A DNA stretch of 64,000 nucleotides from Clostridia bacterium. GTDB lineage: Bacteria > Bacillota > Clostridia > Christensenellales > UBA1242. Positions within the stretch are counted from its first letter, which is position 1; every line of letters begins with the position of its first letter. The notes beneath the pieces were generated by a model. It ran no database searches and had not been told where the DNA came from. It saw nothing but the letters and a program-made list of their open reading frames with translations. Location: NCBI GenBank assembly GCA_900767715.1, contig CAAGAD010000005.1:19697-83696 (forward strand), read 5' to 3'. Below are positions 25,601-33,674 of the stretch, in pieces. The translations under genes were made by a program, and so were the position numbers.

Positions 25601-28124
25601 CAGTTGGCGTATGAGCGCAACTTATGCAAATGCGACCGAGTATGTCAAACCAAAACTTATTGACGCCGACCGCATATTCTTGACTCGTCAAAAAGCATTG
25701 TCTAGCACAATGGACGACGACGGCGAAATGGTTTATAACTATGGTACAGACACGGCTAGTGGAATGGGCACTATTTACGGCACACTCAACAACCCATATC
25801 TCATATACGACGCAAATAGTTTTGAAAAGTATATGAACATCAACCCAATGATAGACAACATCGGCGGGGCGTATAGGCTGATTAAAGACATAGATTTGTC
25901 TTCACTCGGCACCAAACCTGTCACTACATCAAAGACCTTTACGGGCAGTATTGACGGCAACGGAATGACGATTTCGGGTCTTACAATCTATGCGGACAAT
26001 GAGTCGCAAGATTACAAGACTTCAATGGGTTTGTTTAAAGAAATCACTACAAGCAACTCTTCAAACGAACAACAATTCTTGAAGAATTTTATTCTCAAAC
26101 CAAACAATATCTATGCTTCGCACACCGAATGCGTGGGCAGTTTGGCGGGCATTATGACGGGCGCAAGGGTTTCTAACATCGATGTAAATTCGCAAGGCTC
26201 AGTCGTATTGGGTGCTAACGTGGTCGGCGGAATATTCGGCGCAATGTATGGCAACTTTGACGCACAAGGCTTGAAATGTAATATGACTATCAACAGTGTT
26301 TACAGGAATAAAACAAGTTCGCGCTACACAATCTATGCTCGTACTACGACTGACAGAAATATGACGAACAATATTTCGCAAGTGTCTTACGCTGGCGCAA
26401 TTGCGGGCTTGGCAGACGGTTACAGTTCGGGCAACGAAGTCGTGAACAACTATCTGCTCAAAGACAGAATCGTGTCACGCGTTGAAAGACTGAAATATAT
26501 TCAACCTTATGGCGAAATCGTTGTATTGGGCGAAAACGTCGGCTTTGCATTCGGCTATCTCAGCGAGTCAACACAAGCAACGCTTATGTCATACGAAGTG
26601 GGCACAAATAGTCAGTTGCGTGGCGTTATGAATAGTGGTGGTTTGGTCGGCGAAAACCGCGGTGTCATCAAGGACAGTTTGGTGACTTACGCGGACGACA
26701 TCTTGACCGCGATTTCTAACCAATCAGTCAAGACCGAGCGCACCTATGGATTGATGAACGGTTCAGTAGAGATTTACGAAAAAGTAAATACTCCAATCGA
26801 AGCGGAAAAACAGAATTACTCCACACGCGTATTGCAAGGCTATGAATATCAGGACGAATACAACGGCAACTCGTTCGTAAGTTATTACGAGCGCGTAGTA
26901 AAAGATGACAATACACTTGATTTCCAACCAGCAGTAGAAACAATCACGCAAGACAGTTTCGTTAATAATTTGACCAAGAAGACGGCGTACTACATTGAAG
27001 TTGACGGCGAGATGATTATCGCGCCTACAAATCGACTGATTGAAGGCATGCAGTATTACATCAAGACGGAAGACGGCTACATCGCACAATCCGTCACCCA
27101 AGAACAACTCTACGAAGCGCAAAAAGGTTATTACACACCAGTATATATCTACACGAAATTGACAGCGGAAGATGAACTTGATTTGAGCAAGACATATTAC
27201 GTTCAACACACCGTTTCTAGCATTAATCGTGAACAAAAGAGTTCGTTGTATGCAAGTTTCGACCTAACGAAAACTAGCGCAAATCTCACAATTTTCGCAG
27301 GCAAAAACAACTCGGGCGGTATTGTTGGCTTTAACAATGGCGGACTAGTCCAATACTCATATTCTACAATCGCTGTTTTGGCAAACAATAGCGACACGGC
27401 GGGCGGTATCGTTGGTCTTGGCACAGCAGGTGGACTAGACCACACAATCACCACATCAAGTGTGTATTCCAACTGGTCGATAGGCGGGCTGATTGGTAAG
27501 ATTATCAATCCTTACGCATTGTCTAACGCAAATTCTGCCAGCAACTTGATTGAATATAATGACAACATTTCAATGTCGTTGGCTGGATACAGACCGAACG
27601 CAAACCAAGACACTATCGGCATCAACACAATGGAAAACATCATTATGAGCAACAACATTGCCGACAACTTGTGGGAGTCACGACTCGTCAGCCAAATATT
27701 CAATAGCAATATGGTTCAGCACAATAGCAGAACGGGAAGTTCTCGCAGTTGGGCGAATAGTGGCACTCCAACAACCCGCTTGATAGGTGGTTTGGTTGGT
27801 TGCACGCAGAGATTAAACGTCTATAAACAAGACGGCACAAATTATCTGGCAAACGACTCAATGAATGACAATCTAAATATTTCTAACAATATTTATAATG
27901 ACTACATTGCGTTGACCGCATACAAACAGTTCAACCGTAGCGACCTTTCAACTAGCGTTCGTATTGCAGTGAGAATTGGCGCAATGCATTCCACATACGA
28001 TGGCAATTACCAAATCAACGACTATATGGACAACTCGTTGCAAGACGGCTTGTCGAATAGTATTTGGAAGGTAACCAACACCAACAAGCAATGGTCATTC
28101 GATAGCATTGTTCCAAAATCATAA
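16698..28124 (+). CDS. Giant (3808-aa) surface lipoprotein with Ig-like N-terminal third and three GLUG-motif beta-helix-type modules
   Basis: Uninterrupted 11,427-nt ORF. The signal is MKKALRILLLVLVACTSVLFASC (lipobox LFASC). Module entries resemble NPY..(D/N)IDF/L..F(T/N)G..(N/D)GNG at 19884, 24261 and 25788. Repeated GGLVG/GGIVG motifs occur, e.g. NIGGLVGENNGG at 20760-20795, NSGGLVGENRGV at 26631-26666 and NSGGIVGFNNGG at 27309-27344. There is no LPXTG. Confidence 0.8.
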   Translation: MKKALRILLLVLVACTSVLFASCDSVYSKLSFKIFDNDVEIKADDTVSLTIDPTDVSKASKDLTVTLSGLGKKANHDIVAYTVPTELANVSARSIADARVTLTITAVNGGAGQLIVKSAGDSSKQTSRPIIIEKKVQSISTGDKTNYLLMLTRGKNTFEIPNNAFRILPQGATDEIEYRFYGSHDGASLEGNVLTVESTTRESRLIIYATANNKNVDGTSFITVDLIVRPESITIQTNRSNSSRVLENLASTDKSVATSKLTLVSNAIDKVGSSNYTDTYFNQVVVNALAKYNGSTELQKLPADFNISAYIYTLINGNKVRNDVVAEIVPNGDSSFVITALANTSAGSTKTYLHIDIIIAGHENEYVNEFALDDIEFEVISAPTDFVVKADGEALELENETGVDGNPIKNQFVTTNILYDSYSYAYGSRYNVSILPSNSALTDYFGYRLRVKTNLLTDKNLYGATLGNKYSLVFTNMVGEYISFVEMGNSEYAISSTISKDDLFFVKYQINAGDFDVIRNLELYIETDNTLYDTNNKTVFEYLPNVSLNIRFDIRRGVTEMTFVENDNKANGVIILNINEMSYPTVDLHVLNVDGQVTTDIGLKECLITISTDSDAIMLLKNGKEGRSFDYEGSAGENIISIMPKDVGEYTITARSDNGIVTKLKIFVYEPFDSDKVEIDDPTLIYGSLQSVTDETHFDVAVNSRLKFGYKLTDKNAKFRSQVSYELASGGANVVEATITESGVFDALYATHSTNFVEDKRYISVKVEVAGATSYEETDNGFQVKDYVAKTKTYYIFIYTPIRSFNLDRYTATAYDANTLGYYNRDKAQLSFQATIYPANAYLDAPLVWETSSSKILARQISIANQTATYEFSLPEQSEDVTTSSKINVYASVKQYGREFKAVCEVTVSKVTQSQNIIFEQGFKTTQVDAKRLKTLTFKASNGLNTELDLDNINVDNCVNTKTILASVYPYNKVFDKEMLYFICKNSLTATDKKVTDIAVLSGNTIIPVGAGCVSVIVVPRDALMGAYSAGDGGLDSIVRRNPTTNKPIYEEIIIKVEDGSPENPYSLQSVQDVVNINNIEGLKSHYVLLNDIDFNGRAITPLGIIGNQTYQFTGSINGLGYGIYNVGLTEKNGYTGLFAIIGEKQSDDRIPTIQNTGFSFILDKDNDRLEGSKYYGGLAGLNYGFIDNCTFKLTGRFNAQLNNAIVSLGAITGVNYGTINLSNKAVGVENTLVLNITDAEQTQAQYDTYFGGVVGLNYGQIFGYYMSQSAFEGFKTQNNITADSELTFETMANFTIAYESNLDNMYGNEGMTAVVDVVANINTVSKMAFGALVGKNHAFIVGAITTGRITGIKNIGGLVGENNGGTLIYSFANVDISANNTIAGVTAVDMNGVYYHVNSEYYFNEDNDIQISQKYANLQGYNNIAGFIAKATGSAISYSYVASYKGNLQGKKWSYDNYYADIVLLENTSTDVKNVAGFIAVADGVTVQNSTASVSIVVQNQAPTEATKVNVSTFIATLDAHLTEMVNGYVKGKIHLEQTMSGNAEFSLNGITSAHTGDGGISIEFVYTMVEFDYSTLIGAVHNHISALDISGEYYYINVNTNAIYNSNNDEVDNMELNDAFVGKTQPDNDTHFIHDDNNLVNNGFPILRTVKNADNDTALGEEAVSNIDVVLNTSNILYVGASNKPVRAHKLADDSVILTRYNLQNLIAKSDTDRADSYYLGYDSARINSFKINDIISTTVTPASTRTKSVIVKSSNEQVVKVSNGTIVLVGNGQVKLKVMSKLNNSVFKEIHISVENAVDNFELYQNTNFSSGTSKLTNTLNIGVKKSKNIIPRFSEQLKLDANDTSAYYGNNDLLIYGTDQDTISNEYRSYAYAKNSNAGVMYLIRNNSEKFNEYLTINGLAWQTIIYNEISYYMVRVENNSQAVIEAGKMYLNHDGIEIIALPYIRVGTTSFEYCLLDSLARTFTVNTYNGATAIHSSANSRTISPLNTATVTITVNTDFNGDDVVLMQDNDEIVFNADNVYAGIGDFTIEKKVIQYGSYDDPYMIVEYTFRPTEKVVTSTKTWQFSAYAKTDRSLDPAVYSLTLCPQEVLHLAIDNYYSVVREYLDATTGATEYDYQERQTDKVIPGQTTLLKVNVYPSFADYDYIEVINNSSLKVVMQQVLYDTSWHNDRPSPYRLTKFEPIYTNNSIRLYKSIINASGQEETVDIIDQYYVRMTLASSVAENTVYAISVKAYKVVDGQRVDVTGDLNASINLVVQNLPTTSMTYTDSLGKEYYSSQNMTETINIANGVNFDVAYKISTTDADVSFDVVNGDGVVIDNGVVISERANSLHITFNTPLAVNDSFFIRATSKKIINGSEYETKTYLGFKVRMFVVNGISIVNSRDGIISGRYGESYELQATFGDNDIVVADGIDILSRKTDLLNRINTKWQIRNDVDAYQDIIVGSIYNIAFDRLSAGWLFMTSNSEINVCTARVSALIEYDEDGIPQVLDIETADSVVIEGETGFSFSLVDSLETMIPISTQTEFESMTQDRSYILMNDLTLRNYKPIDANMNQFNGNSYTITIENYDIESYFGENTTLGSLDLGLFKTVSANTIVSNVILNLPQTSLDIKNVITFNYGGIAVTNAGMITNCVVKAESISEKTLTPTRGFISENLFIASENRNNNGLYFYQSSLNTSGEVTTVTNVNFGGLVCNNSGFITNSKVLHSIVGFGNIAGFVYSNTGVIASSKYQYGVIKNQSDQTSDFMTAGFAISNSGTIRTSYAEGEYYNSPTGIETYDQYLRSMLGGIACEVDATGFVFNNTGKVEDCYSDMYIRSNGIISGFVFNNTGTITRAFSTSSFITSEVFAPFVGIDEKTREPLSAPENLIDCYYLVSDNMPDVNELAQPLYVNSSAGEYVSSVQKYSSSVRDIITKTTEIKSADGKVNNFEKEFGKETTKLSAMVEDNYLHFLFDKKVNNIYTLNGSWRMSATYANATEYVKPKLIDADRIFLTRQKALSSTMDDDGEMVYNYGTDTASGMGTIYGTLNNPYLIYDANSFEKYMNINPMIDNIGGAYRLIKDIDLSSLGTKPVTTSKTFTGSIDGNGMTISGLTIYADNESQDYKTSMGLFKEITTSNSSNEQQFLKNFILKPNNIYASHTECVGSLAGIMTGARVSNIDVNSQGSVVLGANVVGGIFGAMYGNFDAQGLKCNMTINSVYRNKTSSRYTIYARTTTDRNMTNNISQVSYAGAIAGLADGYSSGNEVVNNYLLKDRIVSRVERLKYIQPYGEIVVLGENVGFAFGYLSESTQATLMSYEVGTNSQLRGVMNSGGLVGENRGVIKDSLVTYADDILTAISNQSVKTERTYGLMNGSVEIYEKVNTPIEAEKQNYSTRVLQGYEYQDEYNGNSFVSYYERVVKDDNTLDFQPAVETITQDSFVNNLTKKTAYYIEVDGEMIIAPTNRLIEGMQYYIKTEDGYIAQSVTQEQLYEAQKGYYTPVYIYTKLTAEDELDLSKTYYVQHTVSSINREQKSSLYASFDLTKTSANLTIFAGKNNSGGIVGFNNGGLVQYSYSTIAVLANNSDTAGGIVGLGTAGGLDHTITTSSVYSNWSIGGLIGKIINPYALSNANSASNLIEYNDNISMSLAGYRPNANQDTIGINTMENIIMSNNIADNLWESRLVSQIFNSNMVQHNSRTGSSRSWANSGTPTTRLIGGLVGCTQRLNVYKQDGTNYLANDSMNDNLNISNNIYNDYIALTAYKQFNRSDLSTSVRIAVRIGAMHSTYDGNYQINDYMDNSLQDGLSNSIWKVTNTNKQWSFDSIVPKS

Positions 28125-28157
28125 CAAAAAAGAACTCGAAATGAGTTCTTTTTTTAA
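28123..28157 (+). terminator. Rho-independent terminator, copy 1 of an exact 35-nt repeat
   Basis: AACAAAAAAGAACTC-GAAAT-GAGTTCTTTTTTTAA. It is identical to 28745-28779. Confidence 0.8.
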
Positions 28158-28265
28158 CATTCTAAAAATCATCTGTGGAGTTAATTATATATCGATATAT
28201 GTCGAATTTAATTGACATAACACTACAAATTGTGATATATAATAACTAGTAAAAGGAGTATGTAT

Positions 28266-28712
28266 ATGAATAAGACTAAAAGAGGTCTGCAATTAGGTGC
28301 TGCCATAACAAGTATTGTATTTGCATCAATATTAGCAGTCGGTACGATTTACTTGATTATAGTTGCTATGGGAATAAACGGCGATTTGCCAGATGATATG
28401 GCTTATGAAAGTGCACAAATGAGTATCATAATTGCAACATATGTGTTGATTTTGCTAGGTTGCATTGCAAATTTAATCGTTTCGTCATTGATTTGTAGGA
28501 AACCACAGGAAAATATGCATAAAGGTCTATGCATTGCTAGTTTGGTGATGAACGCAGTTATTGCATTATTTGAATTGATTAATTTGTCAGTATGGTGCTT
28601 GTTGCCATTGGCAGTAGTAGGTTTGTTCATCGCTTCGTTGTGCGTTAAAAACAATGTCACAGAAGAAAACACCACTGTAAACCAACCAGTAGAAGAAAAG
28701 CAAGACAATTAG
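28266..28712 (+). CDS. Hypothetical 4-TM membrane protein
   Basis: 148 aa from the ATG at 28266 (SD AAAGGAG 7 nt upstream). It has its own TTGACA (28212)/TGA-TATATA promoter and is bracketed by identical terminators. Confidence 0.55.
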   Translation: MNKTKRGLQLGAAITSIVFASILAVGTIYLIIVAMGINGDLPDDMAYESAQMSIIIATYVLILLGCIANLIVSSLICRKPQENMHKGLCIASLVMNAVIALFELINLSVWCLLPLAVVGLFIASLCVKNNVTEENTTVNQPVEEKQDN

Positions 28713-28744
28713 TTTTTACATAAGGTTTAAGACTGAAATATAAG

Positions 28745-28779
28745 AACAAAAAAGAACTCGAAATGAGTTCTTTTTTTAA
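28745..28779. terminator. Rho-independent terminator, copy 2 of the exact 35-nt repeat (bidirectional, also serves cvpA)
   Basis: Same 35 nt as 28123-28157. Confidence 0.8.
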
Positions 28780-28783
28780 TCAA

Positions 28784-29686
28784 CTAATTGTTTTTTACAT
28801 CTACAATAAGTGGTGGCATTTCGCTAATCATATTGGCTGAAACTTCGCCACTTGCATCAGCCTTTCCGTCGCTTGTAACACCCGAACTAGAAGAGTCACC
28901 GTTTCGGTTTTCCCAAAGTTTATTTATCCAATCGTCGATGTTGTCAATGACATTTTTCTCAACGAAATTGTCTGTCAGTTTGTATATGCCTTTTGTTACA
29001 AAAGTGTGTTCATTAATTATTGGAGAAACGAAGTCGTTGACGGTAGGAATGAGTGTGAGAATCACTAGCACCACGCCATAAACGAATATGATGAGTCCGC
29101 CCTTAACGAATCCGAACACAAGACCCAAAATTTTATCTGGTGTGCCAAGGATTTTGTTGGCAGTGAGATTTTCAAATAATTTAGAGAGTAGGAGCAAAAT
29201 TAGTTTGAGTAGCAAGAATATAATGATGCCAGCCACAATCATTGCAATGATTGCGCCCAAGGCCTTACCACCGATGTTGGCAATACTGTTGCCCACAAGG
29301 TCGTTGCTGTTTTGTGCTACGGCTTTTTTCAACAACGTTTTGAGTGGTCCAAACAACCCCGTGCCGTCGATTATAGCGTTGGCGTCAGCCACTGTCGCGC
29401 CGTCACTGAATACGGTCGCCAGCGCGCCGTCAGCCACCTTGGCAAGCACTTTGCCCATTTGCTTGCCCATAAAGCCGACGAAGCCGAACAATTTGTCTAG
29501 TACTAATGCGCCATATTTGGCTGTGAACACCGACACAAGCAAAACTGCAAAGTTGGTGAATAGTGACAGCACAGATTGTAAAAATCCTTTTTTCAGTCCA
29601 ATGAAACCGCAAACGAGAATTATGCCGATTACCACGATTTCAAGGATTATACCAATTACTGATTGCATAGATAACAAACAAGACAT
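28784..29686 (-). CDS. cvpA: CvpA (colicin V production) family membrane protein with a long C-terminal extension
   Basis: The N-terminus IILEIVVIGIILVCGFIGLKKGFLQSVLSLFTNFAVLLVSVF is typical CvpA. SD AGGAAGG lies 5 nt upstream of the ATG. Confidence 0.7.
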   Translation of the reverse strand: MSCLLSMQSVIGIILEIVVIGIILVCGFIGLKKGFLQSVLSLFTNFAVLLVSVFTAKYGALVLDKLFGFVGFMGKQMGKVLAKVADGALATVFSDGATVADANAIIDGTGLFGPLKTLLKKAVAQNSNDLVGNSIANIGGKALGAIIAMIVAGIIIFLLLKLILLLLSKLFENLTANKILGTPDKILGLVFGFVKGGLIIFVYGVVLVILTLIPTVNDFVSPIINEHTFVTKGIYKLTDNFVEKNVIDNIDDWINKLWENRNGDSSSSGVTSDGKADASGEVSANMISEMPPLIVDVKNN

Positions 29687-29840
29687 ATCTACCTTCCTAT
29701 ATATAAAATACTAACATAATTGATTTATAAAGTAAAGTAATTAACTCAATGCATAAACTTTTTTTGCATATTTTTTCAACATAATAAAACAAAATAGTTT
29801 ACGCCCAAAACTTATATTTGATTATTTGGCTTGTATTTAT

Positions 29841-29869
29841 TTTACATTTTTATTGTGATATGATATACT
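29841..29869 (+). promoter_or_regulatory. Sigma-A type promoter of ftsH (about 110-nt leader)
   Basis: TTTACA (29841-29846), 17 nt, TATACT (29864-29869). Confidence 0.5.
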
Positions 29870-29984
29870 GACAAAGTCAGGTGCAAGCATTTTATCTAGT
29901 TTTTGCGTTTGGCAGTTTCAATTTGTGCTGTGGCGATGTTTGTTCGCAGTGTAAATGACAAAGTTAGCAATCGAAGGAGTTTTT

Positions 29985-32213
29985 ATGAACGAGAAACCTA
30001 GAAATAATATGCCTAACAAGAAGCGTTCGCTAATGTTCGTAGGCATTTTAATATTGTGTCTTTTGGTCGTGGTTGCCGTAAGCAGTCTTTCGGGCAAAAA
30101 CACTTACATTTCCTACACCGAATTTCAAAATTTGGTCTATGCGGAAAAGATTGAAGAAGTCGACATCGTGGGTGGCACAGTACGCATTCGCAAAGTCGAT
30201 GGTGTCAAAGCAGATGATTTTCCAAATAAAATGGACTGTTACACTACCATTCTTTCCACTAGCCAACTAGAATTTTTGTATAAATATAATGATAAGTTGC
30301 GTGAAGAAATTGCAGGTATTACGGACGAAGCAGAAATCGAAGCCAAGACCGCACTAATTATTGACATCAAGACCAGCGTTCAAACCGAATCGTTTATGGA
30401 ACGCATTATGCCATACATCAGTTTGGCAGTCATCGTCATTATGTCGATATTCCTATTCAGCACCTTCCTAAATTCCAACAAGGGCGCAATGAGTTATGGC
30501 AGGAGCCGTGCTCGTATGGTCATCTCGTCCAGTTTCCGTTTTAGCGACGTGGCTGGCGCAGATGAAGAAAAAGCCGAACTTCAAGAAGTGGTTGAGTTCT
30601 TGCGCAATCCTAAGAAATTCACCGAACTGGGCGCCAAAATTCCAAAGGGCGTATTGCTCGTAGGTAGCCCAGGCACAGGTAAAACATTGCTTGCCAAAGC
30701 CATTGCAGGCGAAAGCAATGTTCCATTCTTCTCAATTTCCGGTTCGGATTTTGTAGAGATGTTTGTCGGCGTGGGCGCATCACGTGTACGTGACCTATTC
30801 GACCAAGCAAAGAAACATTCACCTTGTATCGTATTCATCGACGAAATTGACGCCGTGGGCAGACAGCGTGGCGCTGGTTTGGGCGGTGGCAACGATGAAC
30901 GTGAACAGACATTAAACCAACTGCTTGTCGAAATGGACGGTTTTGAAACCAACGAAGGCATTATCATCTTGGCTGCTACCAACCGCGCAGACGTGCTTGA
31001 CCCAGCATTGCTCAGACCAGGTCGTTTTGACCGTCAAATTTATGTCAATATGCCAGACGTCAAGGGTCGTGAAGAGATTATCAAGATTCACGCTCGCAAC
31101 AAACCTATTGACGACGAAGTAGATTTCAAGCGTTTGGCTAGACTTACTAGCGGTTTTGCTGGTGCAGACATCGCCAACCTTTTGAACGAAGCCGCAATTT
31201 TGGCAGCGCGAGATAATCGAACCAAGATTACAATGGCAGATATCACCGAAGGCATTAACAAAGTTCTTATGGGACCACAAAAACGTAGTTGGGTGGTTAC
31301 CAAAGAAGATAGACGTATCACAGCAATCCACGAAGGCGGACACGCAATCGTTGCTCACGAGAGCGAGAAATGTGACGTTGTTCAAGAAATTAGTATCATT
31401 CCGCGTGGTAATGCCGGCGGTTACACTTTGACAATCAATGACAAAGACGAACGCCACATCACCAAAGAAAAATTGTTGCAAACCTTGTCAATGATGCTTG
31501 GTGGTCGTGCCGCCGAAGAAATTATGCTCAAAGACATCACAACGGGCGCAAGCAACGATATGCAACGCGCCACCCAAATCGCTCGCAAAATGGTGACCGA
31601 ATGGGGTATGAGTAGTAAAATCGGTTTGATGAGCCTTGGCAATGAGAACGAAGTGTTCATCGGTCGCGACTATCAAAAGCAAGCGTCATACAGCGAACAA
31701 ATTGCAGGTCAAATTGACGAAGAAGTAAAAGAGATTATTGACACCGCATACAATCGTGCAAAAGCCATTATCACTAAGAACAAAAATATACTCACCTCAC
31801 TTGTAGAATTGCTCGAAAAGAAAGAAACAATTTACAGCGAAGAGTTTGACGATTTGTTCAAGGGTAAAAGCGTCGAAGATATCATTGCAGAGATTGACGC
31901 GAAAGAAAGAACCATCAAAGAAAAACTTACTAAAAAACCAGAACCTAAAATTGACAACTCAAAAATCGAACTAGAAAAAATGCAACGTGCAGAAGCAATG
32001 CACATCGCAGGAATAATTAGCGAACAAGAGTATCAAACTATCAAGGCAGAGTTCGAAGCCAAAGCCAACGCACAGCGTGCCGAAGCCGAGAAACAGTCCG
32101 CTGAAGAAAAGGTTGAAACACAAACTGAAACAGAAAATAAATCAACGGATACCGACGAAAACGCGTCGAATAAGGACGAAAATGGCTCTAATGACCAAGA
32201 CGAGCAAAAATAG
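29985..32213 (+). CDS. ftsH: ATP-dependent zinc metalloprotease FtsH with a ~130-aa Glu/Lys-rich C-terminal tail
   Basis: Walker [14 protein letters not shown], Walker [13 protein letters not shown], zinc motif HEGGHA. ATG at 29985 follows GAAGGAG. Confidence 0.95.
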   Translation: MNEKPRNNMPNKKRSLMFVGILILCLLVVVAVSSLSGKNTYISYTEFQNLVYAEKIEEVDIVGGTVRIRKVDGVKADDFPNKMDCYTTILSTSQLEFLYKYNDKLREEIAGITDEAEIEAKTALIIDIKTSVQTESFMERIMPYISLAVIVIMSIFLFSTFLNSNKGAMSYGRSRARMVISSSFRFSDVAGADEEKAELQEVVEFLRNPKKFTELGAKIPKGVLLVGSPGTGKTLLAKAIAGESNVPFFSISGSDFVEMFVGVGASRVRDLFDQAKKHSPCIVFIDEIDAVGRQRGAGLGGGNDEREQTLNQLLVEMDGFETNEGIIILAATNRADVLDPALLRPGRFDRQIYVNMPDVKGREEIIKIHARNKPIDDEVDFKRLARLTSGFAGADIANLLNEAAILAARDNRTKITMADITEGINKVLMGPQKRSWVVTKEDRRITAIHEGGHAIVAHESEKCDVVQEISIIPRGNAGGYTLTINDKDERHITKEKLLQTLSMMLGGRAAEEIMLKDITTGASNDMQRATQIARKMVTEWGMSSKIGLMSLGNENEVFIGRDYQKQASYSEQIAGQIDEEVKEIIDTAYNRAKAIITKNKNILTSLVELLEKKETIYSEEFDDLFKGKSVEDIIAEIDAKERTIKEKLTKKPEPKIDNSKIELEKMQRAEAMHIAGIISEQEYQTIKAEFEAKANAQRAEAEKQSAEEKVETQTETENKSTDTDENASNKDENGSNDQDEQK

Positions 32214-32265
32214 TTTGACATAAACAATTAATTTTAGTACAATGTTCAAAGTAAAGGAAAATATT

Positions 32266-32850
32266 ATGAATAGCAAAGCAAAGAAAATAGGTACAATCGT
32301 AACAGTTTCAATCATTGGAGCATTGATTTTGGCGACAATTATTATGACATTCGTGCCATATAGTTTCAAGATGGACATCGCCACGCCAGACCGCATTACC
32401 GTTTATGATTACTCGGGCAACAAGAGCGCATCAGGAACTTTCTCAAAGAGTGATAAAAAGGATATCTACAACAATATCCTAGACAAATTTGACAAGGCAT
32501 TTGAGCAGTCAGTTCTCAACGCAATGTTCAATGGTGACCTTGGCAAAAAGGCTGAACTCAAAACTCGTTCAACTCAATCCGTTTCTGTCAAGACTGGCAA
32601 CTATTTGAAGTTTGGTTATGATAATGCACAAAAATACACAGTTAATGGTAATGAATATAGTTACAACCAAATCATTATCGACATCAGTTACACCGAAGGC
32701 GAATTCCAAACAGTTAAGGCCTACATCGTGGATTCAACTAATACATTCGAAAACTATTCAAAACATTATTATGAAGTAGAAGCCAATTTCACCGAACTGG
32801 CCAACTACATCAGTTCAATCCGTGATTCGCACCTAGCAACCGTAGCCTAA
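32266..32850 (+). CDS. Hypothetical protein with an N-terminal membrane anchor
   Basis: 194 aa from the ATG at 32266 (SD AAAGGAA). TM is IGTIVTVSIIGALILATIIMTFV. The rest is hydrophilic with no motif. Confidence 0.5.
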   Translation: MNSKAKKIGTIVTVSIIGALILATIIMTFVPYSFKMDIATPDRITVYDYSGNKSASGTFSKSDKKDIYNNILDKFDKAFEQSVLNAMFNGDLGKKAELKTRSTQSVSVKTGNYLKFGYDNAQKYTVNGNEYSYNQIIIDISYTEGEFQTVKAYIVDSTNTFENYSKHYYEVEANFTELANYISSIRDSHLATVA

Positions 32851-33585
32851 TGCGATTAGAACGATTGATAGAATTATGAGATAAAAAGCGAAATAACTTA
32901 GTTTCGCTTTTTTTATTGCGCTTATCATCAGTTTGATTGCCAGAATGCCCGACACGAACGCCACGATGAAGGCGCATATCAACGGGAAAATTTGGTTTGA
33001 CGGCAGACTTGTTAGGTGCGGAATTTCTAATATGCTTGACCCTAGAATCACGGGCACGCTCAATATGAAAGAATAGTCAGCGGATTCGCTACGACCCACG
33101 CCCGCAAAAATGCTCGCGCAGATTGTCATTCCACTGCGACTGACGGCAGGGAAAAGCGCCAGGCCTTGCGCAAAGCCAATCACGACAGATTGTCCCCAGC
33201 CAACCGGTTTGAAACTAGGTTTCATTAGGTCACTGGCGATGAGCACAATGGCTGACAGCACAAAGCCATACACCAAAAACTCGCCACCGAAGGCGCGCTC
33301 AACCATATCGCCAAAGATGAGATAGCAAATAACTGTGATAAGTGTGGAAATAAGAATTTTGAAATTGTAAGCAGTGAACGGGTGGCGTATCATATCCCAC
33401 AATCTTTTGCGATAGACGATTATCACGGCGAGCAGTGTGCCTATATGTACAAAGACGGTTAAAAACAGCGTGTCAACATTGAGATTGAAGAGTTTTGTCG
33501 CCAAAACAATGTGCCCGCTACTCGACACGGGCAAAAATTCGGTCAATCCTTGAATAAGTCCAATGATTATAAATGCGAATAACAC
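32833..33585 (-). CDS. uppP: Undecaprenyl-diphosphate phosphatase
   Basis: LTEFLPVSSSGH motif and the later PAVSRSG motif. 8 TM. Confidence 0.9.
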   Translation of the reverse strand: MLFAFIIIGLIQGLTEFLPVSSSGHIVLATKLFNLNVDTLFLTVFVHIGTLLAVIIVYRKRLWDMIRHPFTAYNFKILISTLITVICYLIFGDMVERAFGGEFLVYGFVLSAIVLIASDLMKPSFKPVGWGQSVVIGFAQGLALFPAVSRSGMTICASIFAGVGRSESADYSFILSVPVILGSSILEIPHLTSLPSNQIFPLICAFIVAFVSGILAIKLMISAIKKAKLSYFAFYLIILSIVLIALGYGC

Positions 33586-33674
33586 TTGAAATACCTTGCA
33601 AAAATTCCTTTTTTGTATTATACTCTATAAGTAATATATACAAATTTGCAAAGAAATATGAAAAAGGCTTAATT

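Noticed and set aside
17494-27709. About 30 ORFs of 60-157 aa, nearly all antisense plus one off-frame sense ORF (17494-17859), inside the giant gene (e.g. 20499-20939, 22218-22637, 26763-27236)
   Set aside because: These are the shadow ORFs expected in an 11-kb open frame. None has an SD or a recognisable motif, and the sense frame is continuous and motif-rich.
29088-29714. 208-aa plus-strand ORF antisense to cvpA
   Set aside because: It is a low-complexity Pro/Ser/Thr/Ala translation of the reverse strand of a membrane-protein gene. The cvpA frame has the family N-terminus and a good SD.
33573-33674. N-terminal extensions proposed by the ORF track for ychF (33573), tatD (58388), gltX (45837), NUDIX (6991) and ftsH (29955)
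   Set aside because: The extensions overlap neighbouring genes or lack SDs. The internal ATGs are preceded by GGAG-type SDs and coincide with the conserved family N-termini.
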